Below are positions 28,156-38,845 of a stretch of DNA of 64,000 nucleotides, one piece after another. Origin of the DNA: a bacterium (GTDB lineage: Bacteria; UBA10199; 2-02-FULL-44-16; JAAZCA01); the NCBI GenBank assembly GCA_963674695.2, contig CAXXGI010000003.1, positions 32,001 through 96,000 of the forward strand. Direction: 5' to 3'. The notes under the pieces were generated by a model, which was not told the DNA's origin, searched no databases, and was given only the letters and a program-made list of their open reading frames with translations. Position numbers and translations under genes: made by a program. Each line of letters opens with the position of its first letter. The stretch's first letter is position 1.

Positions 28156-29148
28156 ATGGGGGGGTTCTTACGGCAGTATGCGTGGGTGATCGACCTGGTC
28201 GGCATACTCCTCTGTTCGTTCTTTTTAGCCAGAATTACAGGCGTTTATCTCGGTGAGTCGATGCAGGTGAAGCGCTCGATCGGAGTGCTTTCCTCGCCCA
28301 CGGTCGAGACGGTCGCACGCACGCGATCCGATCTGGCCAGCTACCGCATCATCGAAGAGCGGAACATCTTCGATTCCACCGATCGGACGCCGGACGTGGC
28401 CGAGGGCGAAGAGGGGGAGACGGTCGTCGAGGAGGATAAGACGGCTACCGGCGAGGCGGTTCCCACCAGCCTGGACATTTCGGTGATGGGCGTTCTCGTC
28501 GTCGGGAATGGTCGGGATAAACGTTCCACGGCGACGATCGCTTCCAAGGCCAAAGCAGCGCCAAAGGCCAAGGGCCGTCGCAGGAAAAAGTCGAGCGCGA
28601 GCGCCGCCAAGGTCTATGCGGTCGGCGACGAAGAGAGTTTTGCTCCCAATACGAAGATGACGCTCGTGCAACCGGATCGCATCGAGTTTTTGCACAACGG
28701 ACGGTTGGAGTTTGCCGAGGTTGGACTCGATGAGGGGAAGAATATCTTCGGTCCCCCGACGCGCGCGGCGGCGGTGGCTTCGAGTGAGGCGGCACCGAAG
28801 GAGGAAGAGACGCTCATTCGCAAAGAGGCGGCGGGGAAATTCACCGTCGATCAGCGCGAGATCAACAGCGCCCTGGAAAACCTCGACAAGCTCTATACGG
28901 AGATTCGCGCGGTGCCCAATTTTGCGAATGGCAAAGTGTCGGGTATGAAGATCCTCTCGGTCAAGCGCGGTTCGATCTTTGCAAAATTGGGGATGCGCCG
29001 CGGCGATGTGCTCAAGCGGATCAACGGCATGGAGCTGGACGTGAAGCGCGGGTTTGAGATCTTTAACACGCTCAAGGATGAGAAGAGCATCACGCTCGAC
29101 CTCATTCGACAGGGCCAACCGACGACGGTCGAATATGAGATACGCTAA
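28156..29148 (+). CDS. gspC: Type II secretion protein C (with PDZ)
   Basis: N-terminal TM, RNIFDS, C-terminal PDZ (GMRRGDVLKRING); first gene of the gsp operon. Confidence 0.9.
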   Translation: MGGFLRQYAWVIDLVGILLCSFFLARITGVYLGESMQVKRSIGVLSSPTVETVARTRSDLASYRIIEERNIFDSTDRTPDVAEGEEGETVVEEDKTATGEAVPTSLDISVMGVLVVGNGRDKRSTATIASKAKAAPKAKGRRRKKSSASAAKVYAVGDEESFAPNTKMTLVQPDRIEFLHNGRLEFAEVGLDEGKNIFGPPTRAAAVASSEAAPKEEETLIRKEAAGKFTVDQREINSALENLDKLYTEIRAVPNFANGKVSGMKILSVKRGSIFAKLGMRRGDVLKRINGMELDVKRGFEIFNTLKDEKSITLDLIRQGQPTTVEYEIR

Positions 29149-31495
29149 TCGATGGGTCGCACTGCTGGGTCTGCTGCTCGTGCTCGGGCAGGCCGCAGAT
29201 CTCTCTGCCCAGGCAGGTCGCACACGCGGGAGCGTGCGCCTGCCGGAGGCGGCTGATGCTCCGGAAAAGGTCCCCGAGGAGGAGGGGGCGACCGCGAAGC
29301 AGGTGGATACGGAATTCAAAGAGGAGACCACCCCGCCCGGCGCAGAGATGGTCTATCTCAACGTCGAGGATCAGGACATCGTCGATGTCATCCGTCAGAT
29401 CAGTAAGGCCACCGGAAAGAACTTCATCATCGATGACAAGATCAAGGGTCGCGTCACGATCATGTCGGAGAAGATGATGACGAAGGAGGAGGCCTATCAG
29501 GCTTTTCTCTCCGCGCTGGAGGTTGCTGGCTACACGACCGTGACCGGGCCGGGTGGCATCATCAAGGTCGTCTCCACGAAGGAAGCGGTGAGTTCTCCTA
29601 TTCCGATTCACGTCGATTCCACGCCCTATACCGACAGCTTCGTGACACGGCTCATCTCACTCGAGAACATCAGCGCGCTCGATATGTCCAATGCCATCAA
29701 GGGGCTCATCTCCAAAGAGGGGAACATGTTCGCGTATCCCGCGACCAACACCCTCATCATCACCGACTCCGGAACGAACATCGACCGCCTCATGAAGATC
29801 ATCAAGGAACTCGATCAGGAGGGGCCACAGCAGGTGCTCGAGATCATCCCGATCAATTACGCCAGCGCCAAGGAGGTGGCCAGCACGGTGCTCAATATCT
29901 TCGAGATCGAAAAGCAGAAGACCACCAGCCGGACGAGTCGACGCAGTAAGACGGCGCAGCCGCTCGAGGAGCTCCAGGATGTCTCCAAAATCATTGCGGA
30001 TGAGCGGACGAACTCGCTCATCGTCCTGGCGAGCAAGCGTGCGATCGCCAAGGTGCGCGACGTGATCAAGAAGCTCGACGTGCCGCTCACGGCCGGCGAG
30101 ACCGGCACGATCCATGTGCACTATTTGAAATATGCTAACGCGATGGAGCTGGCCCAGACGCTGCAGGCGGTGACCTCCAAGAGCGGTTCCTCCGCGGCGA
30201 CCGCCAAGAAGACCAAGGGGGCGACAACGACCGCGGTGGCGCAACTGGAGGGCGGCATCACCATCGGTGCGGATGAGACGACCAACGCGCTCATCATCAC
30301 CGCATCGGCCAAGGACTATAAGACCGTCGTCGACGACCTGATCTCCAAGCTCGACATCCCGCGCCGTCAGGTCTTCCTCGAATCGATCGTCATGGAGCTG
30401 GATGTCCAGAAAGGGAGCAGCATCGGTTTCTCCGGCTTCGGCGGTGGGGGACCGAGTTCCTTCCTGGGTCTGGGCAGTGTCGGTTCCACGCCGACGAGTC
30501 TCTTCGATCCCACGAGCTTTTTTGCTGCGCCGGGACTCCTCGGTGGAATCCTGTCGCGCAAGACGGTGACGATCGATGTGCCGCAGTCCGGCGGCGGGAC
30601 CACGCAGGTGAGCATCCCCGCCTTCGGCGCGTTTCTCTCGCTCCTGCAGGATTATCGCAATGCGAACATCGTCTCGACGCCGAACATCCTGACGTTGGAT
30701 AACCAGAAGGCCTCCATCGAGGTGACGCGCACGATCTATGCGCGCAAGGAGACGACGATCGCCAACGCCGGTTCCACTTCGTTTACGCCGGAGCCGTTGG
30801 AGGCGGGCCTCACCCTCGAGATCACGCCGCAGATCAGCGAGGGAGATGCGGTGCGCCTCGAGATCAATCAGAAACTCTCCAACTTCACCGGCGATCCCGA
30901 TACGCTCACCGGTGCGGCGCCATCGACGAAGCGCCAGATTCAGACGACGGTCATGGCGATGGACGGTCAGACCGTGGTGCTCGGCGGACTCATGCAGGAC
31001 GCCGACATCAAGCAACAGCAGAAGACGCCGCTTCTGGGTGATATCCCGCTGCTCGGGTTTCTCTTCCGGCAGACCAAGACGAGTAAACAGAAGACCAACC
31101 TCGTCATCTTCATCACGCCGCACGTCATTCGCGATCCGTCCGACTTTGCCGCGGTGACCAAGGACAAGATCGAACAGCGCAACCGGTTCATCGAAAACAA
31201 CTTCGGCAAGCGGCAGCAGCGGCAGATTCGCGAGACGATCGCGATGCACCGCGCGGATCTGTTGGAGTATAGCCCGCAGCTGACCCGGGGGGCGTCGGAG
31301 TCGACGCTCAGCGCGCCGTTGATGCAGGCGCCGGTGCCTGCTGGTCCCGTGATCACCGTTCCGCCGGGAGGCGGCGGGGTGAAGGCGACAACGGCAACTC
31401 AGCCGGTGATCACCGCACAACCTCCCGCGCGTGGGGGGCCGACCCCGGCGAGTCCCAACCTGAAAGGGACGGGCGAGTTGGATCTGTCGTACTAG
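29135..31495 (+). CDS. gspD: Type II secretion secretin D
   Basis: Signal peptide, TGKNFIID, DERTNSLIV, RRQVFLE, KTPLLGDIPLLGFLF, FITPHVI. Confidence 0.95.
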   Translation: MRYANRWVALLGLLLVLGQAADLSAQAGRTRGSVRLPEAADAPEKVPEEEGATAKQVDTEFKEETTPPGAEMVYLNVEDQDIVDVIRQISKATGKNFIIDDKIKGRVTIMSEKMMTKEEAYQAFLSALEVAGYTTVTGPGGIIKVVSTKEAVSSPIPIHVDSTPYTDSFVTRLISLENISALDMSNAIKGLISKEGNMFAYPATNTLIITDSGTNIDRLMKIIKELDQEGPQQVLEIIPINYASAKEVASTVLNIFEIEKQKTTSRTSRRSKTAQPLEELQDVSKIIADERTNSLIVLASKRAIAKVRDVIKKLDVPLTAGETGTIHVHYLKYANAMELAQTLQAVTSKSGSSAATAKKTKGATTTAVAQLEGGITIGADETTNALIITASAKDYKTVVDDLISKLDIPRRQVFLESIVMELDVQKGSSIGFSGFGGGGPSSFLGLGSVGSTPTSLFDPTSFFAAPGLLGGILSRKTVTIDVPQSGGGTTQVSIPAFGAFLSLLQDYRNANIVSTPNILTLDNQKASIEVTRTIYARKETTIANAGSTSFTPEPLEAGLTLEITPQISEGDAVRLEINQKLSNFTGDPDTLTGAAPSTKRQIQTTVMAMDGQTVVLGGLMQDADIKQQQKTPLLGDIPLLGFLFRQTKTSKQKTNLVIFITPHVIRDPSDFAAVTKDKIEQRNRFIENNFGKRQQRQIRETIAMHRADLLEYSPQLTRGASESTLSAPLMQAPVPAGPVITVPPGGGGVKATTATQPVITAQPPARGGPTPASPNLKGTGELDLSY

Positions 31496-31517
31496 GACGT
31501 GTGGGTGATTGAGGGGG

Positions 31518-31590
31518 GTCATTCCCGCGAAGGCGGGAATGACAGACGAAACGTTCCACGAATCACGAGTTACGAGTTACGAGTCACGAG
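31518..31590. repeat. REP-like palindrome plus heptamer array between gspD and gspE
   Basis: GTCATTCCCGCGAAGGCGGGAATGAC (31518-31543) and T(C/T)ACGAG x4 (31563-31590). Confidence 0.8.
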
Positions 31591-31595
31591 GTGTT

Positions 31596-33293
<1,698 letters not shown>

Positions 33294-33294
33294 C

Positions 33295-33404
33295 TGGTGA
33301 GATGGTGAGATAGTTCAATGGCTTGATGGCTTAAACAAAATCGTGGAACGACTTTTGTTTGTACGATTGAGCCATCTCACTATTCAGCCATCTAACGATC
33401 TCAC
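33295..33404. repeat. Inverted degenerate octamer array (TGAGATGG / CCATCTCA) with a central hairpin
   Basis: Read directly between gspE and gspF. Confidence 0.65.
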
Positions 33405-33413
33405 AAAGAATTT

Positions 33414-34640
33414 ATGCCCATATTTGAATACATCGGGATTGATTCGAAGGGGAAGCGCTCGTCTGGGCAGGTCGATGCCGAGAACGAACGCTCCGCGCGG
33501 GGAAAACTGCGTCGCATGGGGGTCTTTCCGACCACGCTCGGGATTGAGGGCCAGAGCAAGCAGAAGGTCGGCCTCTCGATGAACGTCGATTTCTCCAAGT
33601 ATTTGCAGCGTGTGAAGATGCAGGACATCGCGATGATGACGCGCCAGTTGGCCACGCTCCTGGGTGCCAACATTCCGCTGGTCGATGCCCTGGCCGCGCT
33701 CTGCGATCAGGTGGAAAACCCGAAGTTGCGCACCATCCTCTCGCGCGTGCGCGAGAAGGTCATGGAGGGCGGCAAGCTCTCCGACGGGTTGCGCGCCTAT
33801 CCGCGCCAGTTCAGCGATGTCTACATCAACATGATCAACGCGGGTGAGAACAGCGGCGCGCTCGACGTCGTGCTGGAACGCCTGGCGGATTTTACCGAGG
33901 GGCAGGCAAGGCTCCGCAACAAGGTGCTCAGCGCCATGATCTATCCGGCCATCATGACGGTGGTGGGAATCTCGCTCGTCATCTTTTTGCTCGTGCTGGT
34001 GGTGCCGAAGGTGACGGCCATCTTCGAGGACGTCGATGCGACGCTGCCGATGCCCACGAGGATTCTTATCGCTGTCAGCGACATCCTCTCGAACTACTGG
34101 TATCTTCTGGTCCTCGGCGTGCCGCTGGCGATTTACGGCATCAAGCGCTATCTGGCCACACCGGCCGGTCGGGCGTGGTGGGATCGGAAGTCGCTCACGC
34201 TCCCGATCTTTGGGAAGCTGTCCCGGCTGGTCATCATCGCGCGTTTTTCGCGAACGCTGGCGACGCTCCTGTCCAGTGGCGTTCCGCTGCTGCCGGCGCT
34301 CGAAATCGTGCGCACCATCGTGACCAATACGCACCTGCGCCGCGTTATCGAGCAGACCCGCGACAACGTTCGCGAGGGGCAGAGTATCGCCGATCCGCTC
34401 AAACGCAGCGGCGAGTTTCCGCCGTTGGTGACGCACATGATCGCCATCGGAGAAAAGACGGGCGATTTGGAACGGATGCTTGAACGCATCGCTGACGCCT
34501 ACGACACACAGGTCGACAACGCGGTCTCCGCGCTCACCTCCCTGCTCGAGCCGATCATGATCCTGGTGATGGCGGGCGTGGTCTCCTTTATCGTCATGTC
34601 GATTCTGTTGCCGATCATGCAGCTCAACAAGCTGGGATGA
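33414..34640 (+). CDS. gspF: Type II secretion inner-membrane platform F
   Basis: TRQLATLLGANIPL, AGENSGAL, MIYPAI, GEKTGDL, LLEPIMI. Confidence 0.95.
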   Translation: MPIFEYIGIDSKGKRSSGQVDAENERSARGKLRRMGVFPTTLGIEGQSKQKVGLSMNVDFSKYLQRVKMQDIAMMTRQLATLLGANIPLVDALAALCDQVENPKLRTILSRVREKVMEGGKLSDGLRAYPRQFSDVYINMINAGENSGALDVVLERLADFTEGQARLRNKVLSAMIYPAIMTVVGISLVIFLLVLVVPKVTAIFEDVDATLPMPTRILIAVSDILSNYWYLLVLGVPLAIYGIKRYLATPAGRAWWDRKSLTLPIFGKLSRLVIIARFSRTLATLLSSGVPLLPALEIVRTIVTNTHLRRVIEQTRDNVREGQSIADPLKRSGEFPPLVTHMIAIGEKTGDLERMLERIADAYDTQVDNAVSALTSLLEPIMILVMAGVVSFIVMSILLPIMQLNKLG

Positions 34641-34743
34641 TTGAACAGAGGGGCATTTGCGCAGGGCGTCAAAGAGAGCGCTTGATTTTTGCGTCTATTA
34701 TCAGATGATGGACGAACAAACGTAGACAAAAGGAGGTAGGGAA

Positions 34744-35193
34744 ATGAAACGGATTCTCGCGAACGCACGAGGTATGACACTCATCGAAATCATGGTCGTG
34801 ATCACGATCCTCGGACTGATCGCCACCGTCGTGACGGTCAACGTGATGGACCGCCTGGATGAGGCGCGGCAGGAGACGGCCAAGACGCAGATGAAGGTGC
34901 TCGAGGAGGCACTCGATCAATTCCGCCGCGACAACGGCTTCTATCCCTCCACCGAACAGGGGCTGCAAGCGCTCGTCGAAAAGCCCTCCACCGGTCGCAT
35001 CCCGAAGCGGTATCCGTCCAAGGGCTACCTCAAGGGGGGAAGGGTCCCGCAGGATCCCTTCGATTGCGACTATCAGTATTACAACCCGGGTCTGCAGGGG
35101 CATGAGTATGAGATCTATTCCCTCGGGGCGGATTGCCAAGAGGGGGGCGACGAGACCGACGCCGATATCAGTTCGTTCGAGACGAACGAATAA
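34744..35193 (+). CDS. gspG: Major pseudopilin G
   Basis: G|MTLIEIMVV, YPSTEQGLQALV, PQDPF, SLGAD. Confidence 0.95.
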   Translation: MKRILANARGMTLIEIMVVITILGLIATVVTVNVMDRLDEARQETAKTQMKVLEEALDQFRRDNGFYPSTEQGLQALVEKPSTGRIPKRYPSKGYLKGGRVPQDPFDCDYQYYNPGLQGHEYEIYSLGADCQEGGDETDADISSFETNE

Positions 35194-35225
35194 AGTTGTT
35201 TCACCAGGAACAGTGGGTGCGTGGC

Positions 35226-35268
35226 CGCCCGCGGCGTGCTCAATGGGCAACGGCCGCGGGCGTTTTTT
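35226..35268 (+). terminator. Intra-operon terminator/attenuator after gspG
   Basis: CGCCCGCGGC...GCCGCGGGCG followed by TTTTTT. Confidence 0.6.
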
Positions 35269-35273
35269 CCATT

Positions 35274-35981
35274 ATGATGAAGCGTATTCGTCACAGATCC
35301 CGCAGGGATCGATCGTCCTTCATCTCAGCGAACAGCGTTCGCGGTCGTCCCTCGTCTTGCAGAGGTGGTTTCACGCTCTTCGAAATTCTGATTTCGATCG
35401 CCGTGGTGGGGCTCATCATGGGGCTGGTGGTCGGTGGAATGAACCAGTTTCTCGAGCTGGACATGAAGAAGGCGTCGAACAAGATGGCGGCGACTATGCG
35501 CTATCTCACCAACAAGGCGGCGCTCGAAGGGCTCTATATCAGGCTCGTCATCGATATGGAGGAGCAGACCTACCACGTGGAGGCGACCACCGATCCGGTG
35601 CTCATCACGCGAGGGGAGGAGGGGCCGCTCTCGGCAGTTACCCCCTCCGATGAGGATGAGCCGACCGGCGAGGCCGAGGAGGATGCCGGTCCACCGAAGC
35701 TCAAACCCCGTGAGGTCACCTTTAGTCCGATGGACTCCTATCTGCTCAAACCGACCAAACTCCCATCGGGGATCTTCTTTAAGGATGTCTCCGTCGAACA
35801 CCGACGGGTGCCGGTGGAGGGGGGCAAGGCCTCCATCTTCTTCTTTCCGAACGGATATATGGAGCATGCCGTCATCAATCTGCGCGACGAGGATGATGAA
35901 CTCAACTATTCGCTCGAGACCAATCCCATCGGCGGTCGGGTGAATATCGACAACACCTATCGAACCCTGGAAGAACGATGA
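35274..35981 (+). CDS. gspH: Minor pseudopilin H (leader extended by a repeat)
   Basis: G|FTLFEILI motif; FFFPNG; operon position. Confidence 0.85.
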   Translation: MMKRIRHRSRRDRSSFISANSVRGRPSSCRGGFTLFEILISIAVVGLIMGLVVGGMNQFLELDMKKASNKMAATMRYLTNKAALEGLYIRLVIDMEEQTYHVEATTDPVLITRGEEGPLSAVTPSDEDEPTGEAEEDAGPPKLKPREVTFSPMDSYLLKPTKLPSGIFFKDVSVEHRRVPVEGGKASIFFFPNGYMEHAVINLRDEDDELNYSLETNPIGGRVNIDNTYRTLEER

Positions 35982-36589
35982 AGACACGAAATGCACGGCA
36001 TCCCGAAGGACGTCCGCGAACGCTGTTCGCTGGGACGAAGGACGATCGATCTCTTCGAGATCTCGGACGAAAAAGTCGTTTCGTCCATCGTCCGAGCGAG
36101 CAGCGCTCGCGAACGTCCTTCGTCCTTCGGGATAATGGGGGGTTCACCCTTTTAGAGGTGATGATCGCCGTGGCGATCCTGGCGGTTTCGCTAACCGTTC
36201 TCATGACCTTTTCCGGGCGTACGCTCATCGTCAGTGGGCGAGCCGAGCAGATGACCATCTCGACGATGCTGGCGCGACAGAAGATGGCCGAGGTCGAGCT
36301 GGAGTTCCAGAAGGGATTGAAGAAGAACGAGTTTCCGGAGGAGCGCGACGACGAGGGGACCTTCGACGAACCCTATGAGGAATATCGCTGGAAGATGGAG
36401 CTGCGCAAGGTGGAACTGCCCGCGCCGGTCACCGGCGAGAAGGGGAGCCTCGAGGGGATGGTGGGTCGGCAGCTGACCAAGGAGATCGCCAAGGCGGTGC
36501 GCGAACTCAAGGTGACGATCTTCTGGGATGAGCTGGGCGAGGAGCAGACGATGGAAGTGGTGACGCATATCATTAACCTGAAGGCCTGA
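35978..36589 (+). CDS. gspI: Minor pseudopilin I (55-aa leader containing a 132-bp palindromic element)
   Basis: G|FTLLEVMIAVAIL; ATGA overlap with the gspH stop. Confidence 0.85.
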   Translation: MKTRNARHPEGRPRTLFAGTKDDRSLRDLGRKSRFVHRPSEQRSRTSFVLRDNGGFTLLEVMIAVAILAVSLTVLMTFSGRTLIVSGRAEQMTISTMLARQKMAEVELEFQKGLKKNEFPEERDDEGTFDEPYEEYRWKMELRKVELPAPVTGEKGSLEGMVGRQLTKEIAKAVRELKVTIFWDELGEEQTMEVVTHIINLKA

Positions 36590-36608
36590 TGTCTGGGAGC
36601 TCGATTGT

Positions 36609-37376
36609 ATGGTGCTGCGACGAATGTCATTGCTCAAGGTGTTGTCTGTTTCGGGTCACGGGTCACGAGTCACGGGTCACGAGCGCGAAGCGCAGGATGG
36701 TTTCACCCTGCTCGAGGTCCTCGTCGCGGTGGGCGTGCTCTCGGTCATCATGGTGTTGCTCTGGTCGAGCACCGGTCAGACGCTCAAGGCCAAGGATCGA
36801 TTCGAAGCGCGCGATCTGGTCTACCATCAGGGTCGCGTGGCGTTGCGCAAGATCACCGACGATCTGATGATGGCCTTTTTGACCAAGGTGCCGACGCAAC
36901 GCGAGGCGACCTCAACGGCCAAACCCTATGCGACCTTCTTCATCGGTGAGGATCGCAGCGATCAGGACAGCCTGCGTCTCACCTCTTTTTCGCACCTGCG
37001 GTTCTTCGCCGATGCGAAGGAGTCGGACATGTGCAAGGTCTCCTACGAGATCGCGCCCTCCCCGGAGGACGCCGGCGTGATGAACCTGATTCGCCGCCAG
37101 CAGTCATGGCTCGACGATACGACGGAGATGGGGGATGTGCGCGCATTTGTCCTGGCCGAAAACATCAAGGCGTTCGATATCGAATACTTCGATGAGCGCA
37201 AGGATGACTGGGGCAAGGAATGGGATACGCAGAAGATCGACTGGCGGGACAAGTTGCCTCAGGGCGTGCGCGTCTCGATCCAGTTTGCCAACCCGGATCC
37301 GGATTTTGAGGACGAACCGATCAACATGTCGACGGCGGTGGTCATCCCCATGTCGGCGGGAGCGATCGATCTATGA
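36609..37376 (+). CDS. gspJ: Minor pseudopilin J (heptamer repeat in leader)
   Basis: G|FTLLEVLVAV; DLMMAF; LPQGVRV. Confidence 0.85.
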   Translation: MVLRRMSLLKVLSVSGHGSRVTGHEREAQDGFTLLEVLVAVGVLSVIMVLLWSSTGQTLKAKDRFEARDLVYHQGRVALRKITDDLMMAFLTKVPTQREATSTAKPYATFFIGEDRSDQDSLRLTSFSHLRFFADAKESDMCKVSYEIAPSPEDAGVMNLIRRQQSWLDDTTEMGDVRAFVLAENIKAFDIEYFDERKDDWGKEWDTQKIDWRDKLPQGVRVSIQFANPDPDFEDEPINMSTAVVIPMSAGAIDL

Positions 37377-38701
37377 AGCGGCCTGGGTTCAATCGGCGGG
37401 GCGTGGCCCTGATCCTCGTGTTGTCGGCGCTGATGGTGCTGACCGCCATGGGGGTGGAGTTTGCCTACAATACGAACGTGAACTATCACCTCGCCTCGGG
37501 CGAGCGCGATCGGCTTCAGGCCTATTACCTGGCCAAGTCGGCCTTCAACTTCATGCTCCTGGAGCTCAAGTTCGATCGCGTCTTTCGGCAGGTGGTGCAG
37601 CAGCAGAACCTTGGACAGTATCTCGGCGAGAACGCGAATCTCCCGCTGTGCCAGCAGTTTCCCCTCTCCACGGGGCTCATCCGCGCGGTCTTCACCGGCG
37701 GCGGGGCGGCCGCACTCATGGGCGGCGAGGAGGGGGCCGAAGGGGGGGGCGAAGAGGGTGCTGGAGAGACGGAGGATGAAGCGCTCGAGGATATGCGGCG
37801 CGATGCGAGTCTGGCGCAGGAGTCGAGCGCCGAGGAGTTCTTGCAGTTCGAAGGAGATTTCGACGGCGAGTGCATCGACGAATCGACGAAGATCGACCTC
37901 AATGGATTTTCGGGGCTGAGCACGACGCCCACGACCGAGGGCGCGCGAAGCCCCTTCGATCAGTATAAGGATTTTCTCTTCGCCTTCCTGTCGCGACCGC
38001 AGTTCGACCTCCTCTTCGAAAAGGCGGATGTGACGGTGACCGACGTCATCAACAACATCGGCGACTGGGTCGATCCGAACACGGATGTCAACGAACTGGA
38101 CGGTCGGACCGGCGGCGCTGAACAGTCGATCTATGAACGCCTGGAGGTGCCCTATCCGGTTCGCAATGGGAAGCTCGTCACACTCCTGGAGACCTATCTG
38201 ATCGCCGATGTCGTCGACACCTGGTTTGAGCCGATGATGGAGTACTTCACCGTCTACGGCGATGGGAAGGTGAACGTCTGTACGGCCAGCACCGATGTGG
38301 TGGAGGGGCTGATCCGTCGTTATCAGCTGGCCACGCCGGGCCTGCCGCCGCTGCGTCTGGAGGATCCGGAGGAGATGACGCGCCTGACCGACGCCATCGC
38401 CGAGGCCTGTGCCTCGGGCGCCTTCGGCGATCAGCTCAAGAGCCAGATCGTTACGGCCCTCAACACGGCCATCGGGGCCGCCGGTGCGGAGACCGGAGGG
38501 ACGGAGCAGACCCAGCAGACGGGGCAGACCCAGCAGGGGGGGGAGACCGGTTTCGGTTCCTACATCACGACCGAGAGTCGTTTCTTTTCGCTCAAGCTCG
38601 CCGGGCAGGTGATGGACACGACCGTGCGGGTCAAGGCGGTGATCGATGTGAAGGAGCAGGACCCGACCAAATGGAAGCTCCTCTACTGGCGCGTCCAATG
38701 A
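37373..38701 (+). CDS. gspK: Minor pseudopilin K
   Basis: RG|VALILVL (no Glu5), QAYYLAKS, DESTKIDLN, DWVDP, GKVNVCTA. Confidence 0.9.
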   Translation: MKRPGFNRRGVALILVLSALMVLTAMGVEFAYNTNVNYHLASGERDRLQAYYLAKSAFNFMLLELKFDRVFRQVVQQQNLGQYLGENANLPLCQQFPLSTGLIRAVFTGGGAAALMGGEEGAEGGGEEGAGETEDEALEDMRRDASLAQESSAEEFLQFEGDFDGECIDESTKIDLNGFSGLSTTPTTEGARSPFDQYKDFLFAFLSRPQFDLLFEKADVTVTDVINNIGDWVDPNTDVNELDGRTGGAEQSIYERLEVPYPVRNGKLVTLLETYLIADVVDTWFEPMMEYFTVYGDGKVNVCTASTDVVEGLIRRYQLATPGLPPLRLEDPEEMTRLTDAIAEACASGAFGDQLKSQIVTALNTAIGAAGAETGGTEQTQQTGQTQQGGETGFGSYITTESRFFSLKLAGQVMDTTVRVKAVIDVKEQDPTKWKLLYWRVQ

Positions 38702-38754
38702 CGTTGCGGAAGGATGCTTTGAAAAGCGCTATGATTGTGGTACGTTAAGGAAGT

Positions 38755-38839
38755 TTTCCTTCGCGGTGACACGATCTTCGGTTTTACGGGTCACGAGTCA
38801 CGAGTCACGAGTCACGAGTCACGAGTCACGAGTCACGAG
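38755..38839. repeat. 3' remnant of the hairpin family plus (TCACGAG)x7
   Basis: TTTTCCTTCGCGGTGACACGATCTTCGGTTT matches the 3' end and flank of copy 3; array at 38791-38839. Confidence 0.8.
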
Positions 38840-38845
38840 TCTTTT

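Noticed and set aside
35295-36063. Invertible phase-variation switch around gspH
   Set aside because: The inverted 60-bp copies have 7 mismatches, belong to a repeat family, and no recombinase gene is nearby; cannot be fully excluded without reads
38735-38845. Upstream in-frame starts for gspL (also gspE at 31509 and wzi at 7739)
   Set aside because: The extensions are translations of repeat arrays (HESRVTS) and downstream ATGs give family-typical N-termini, unlike gspH/I/J where no in-frame start lies between the repeat and the cleavage site
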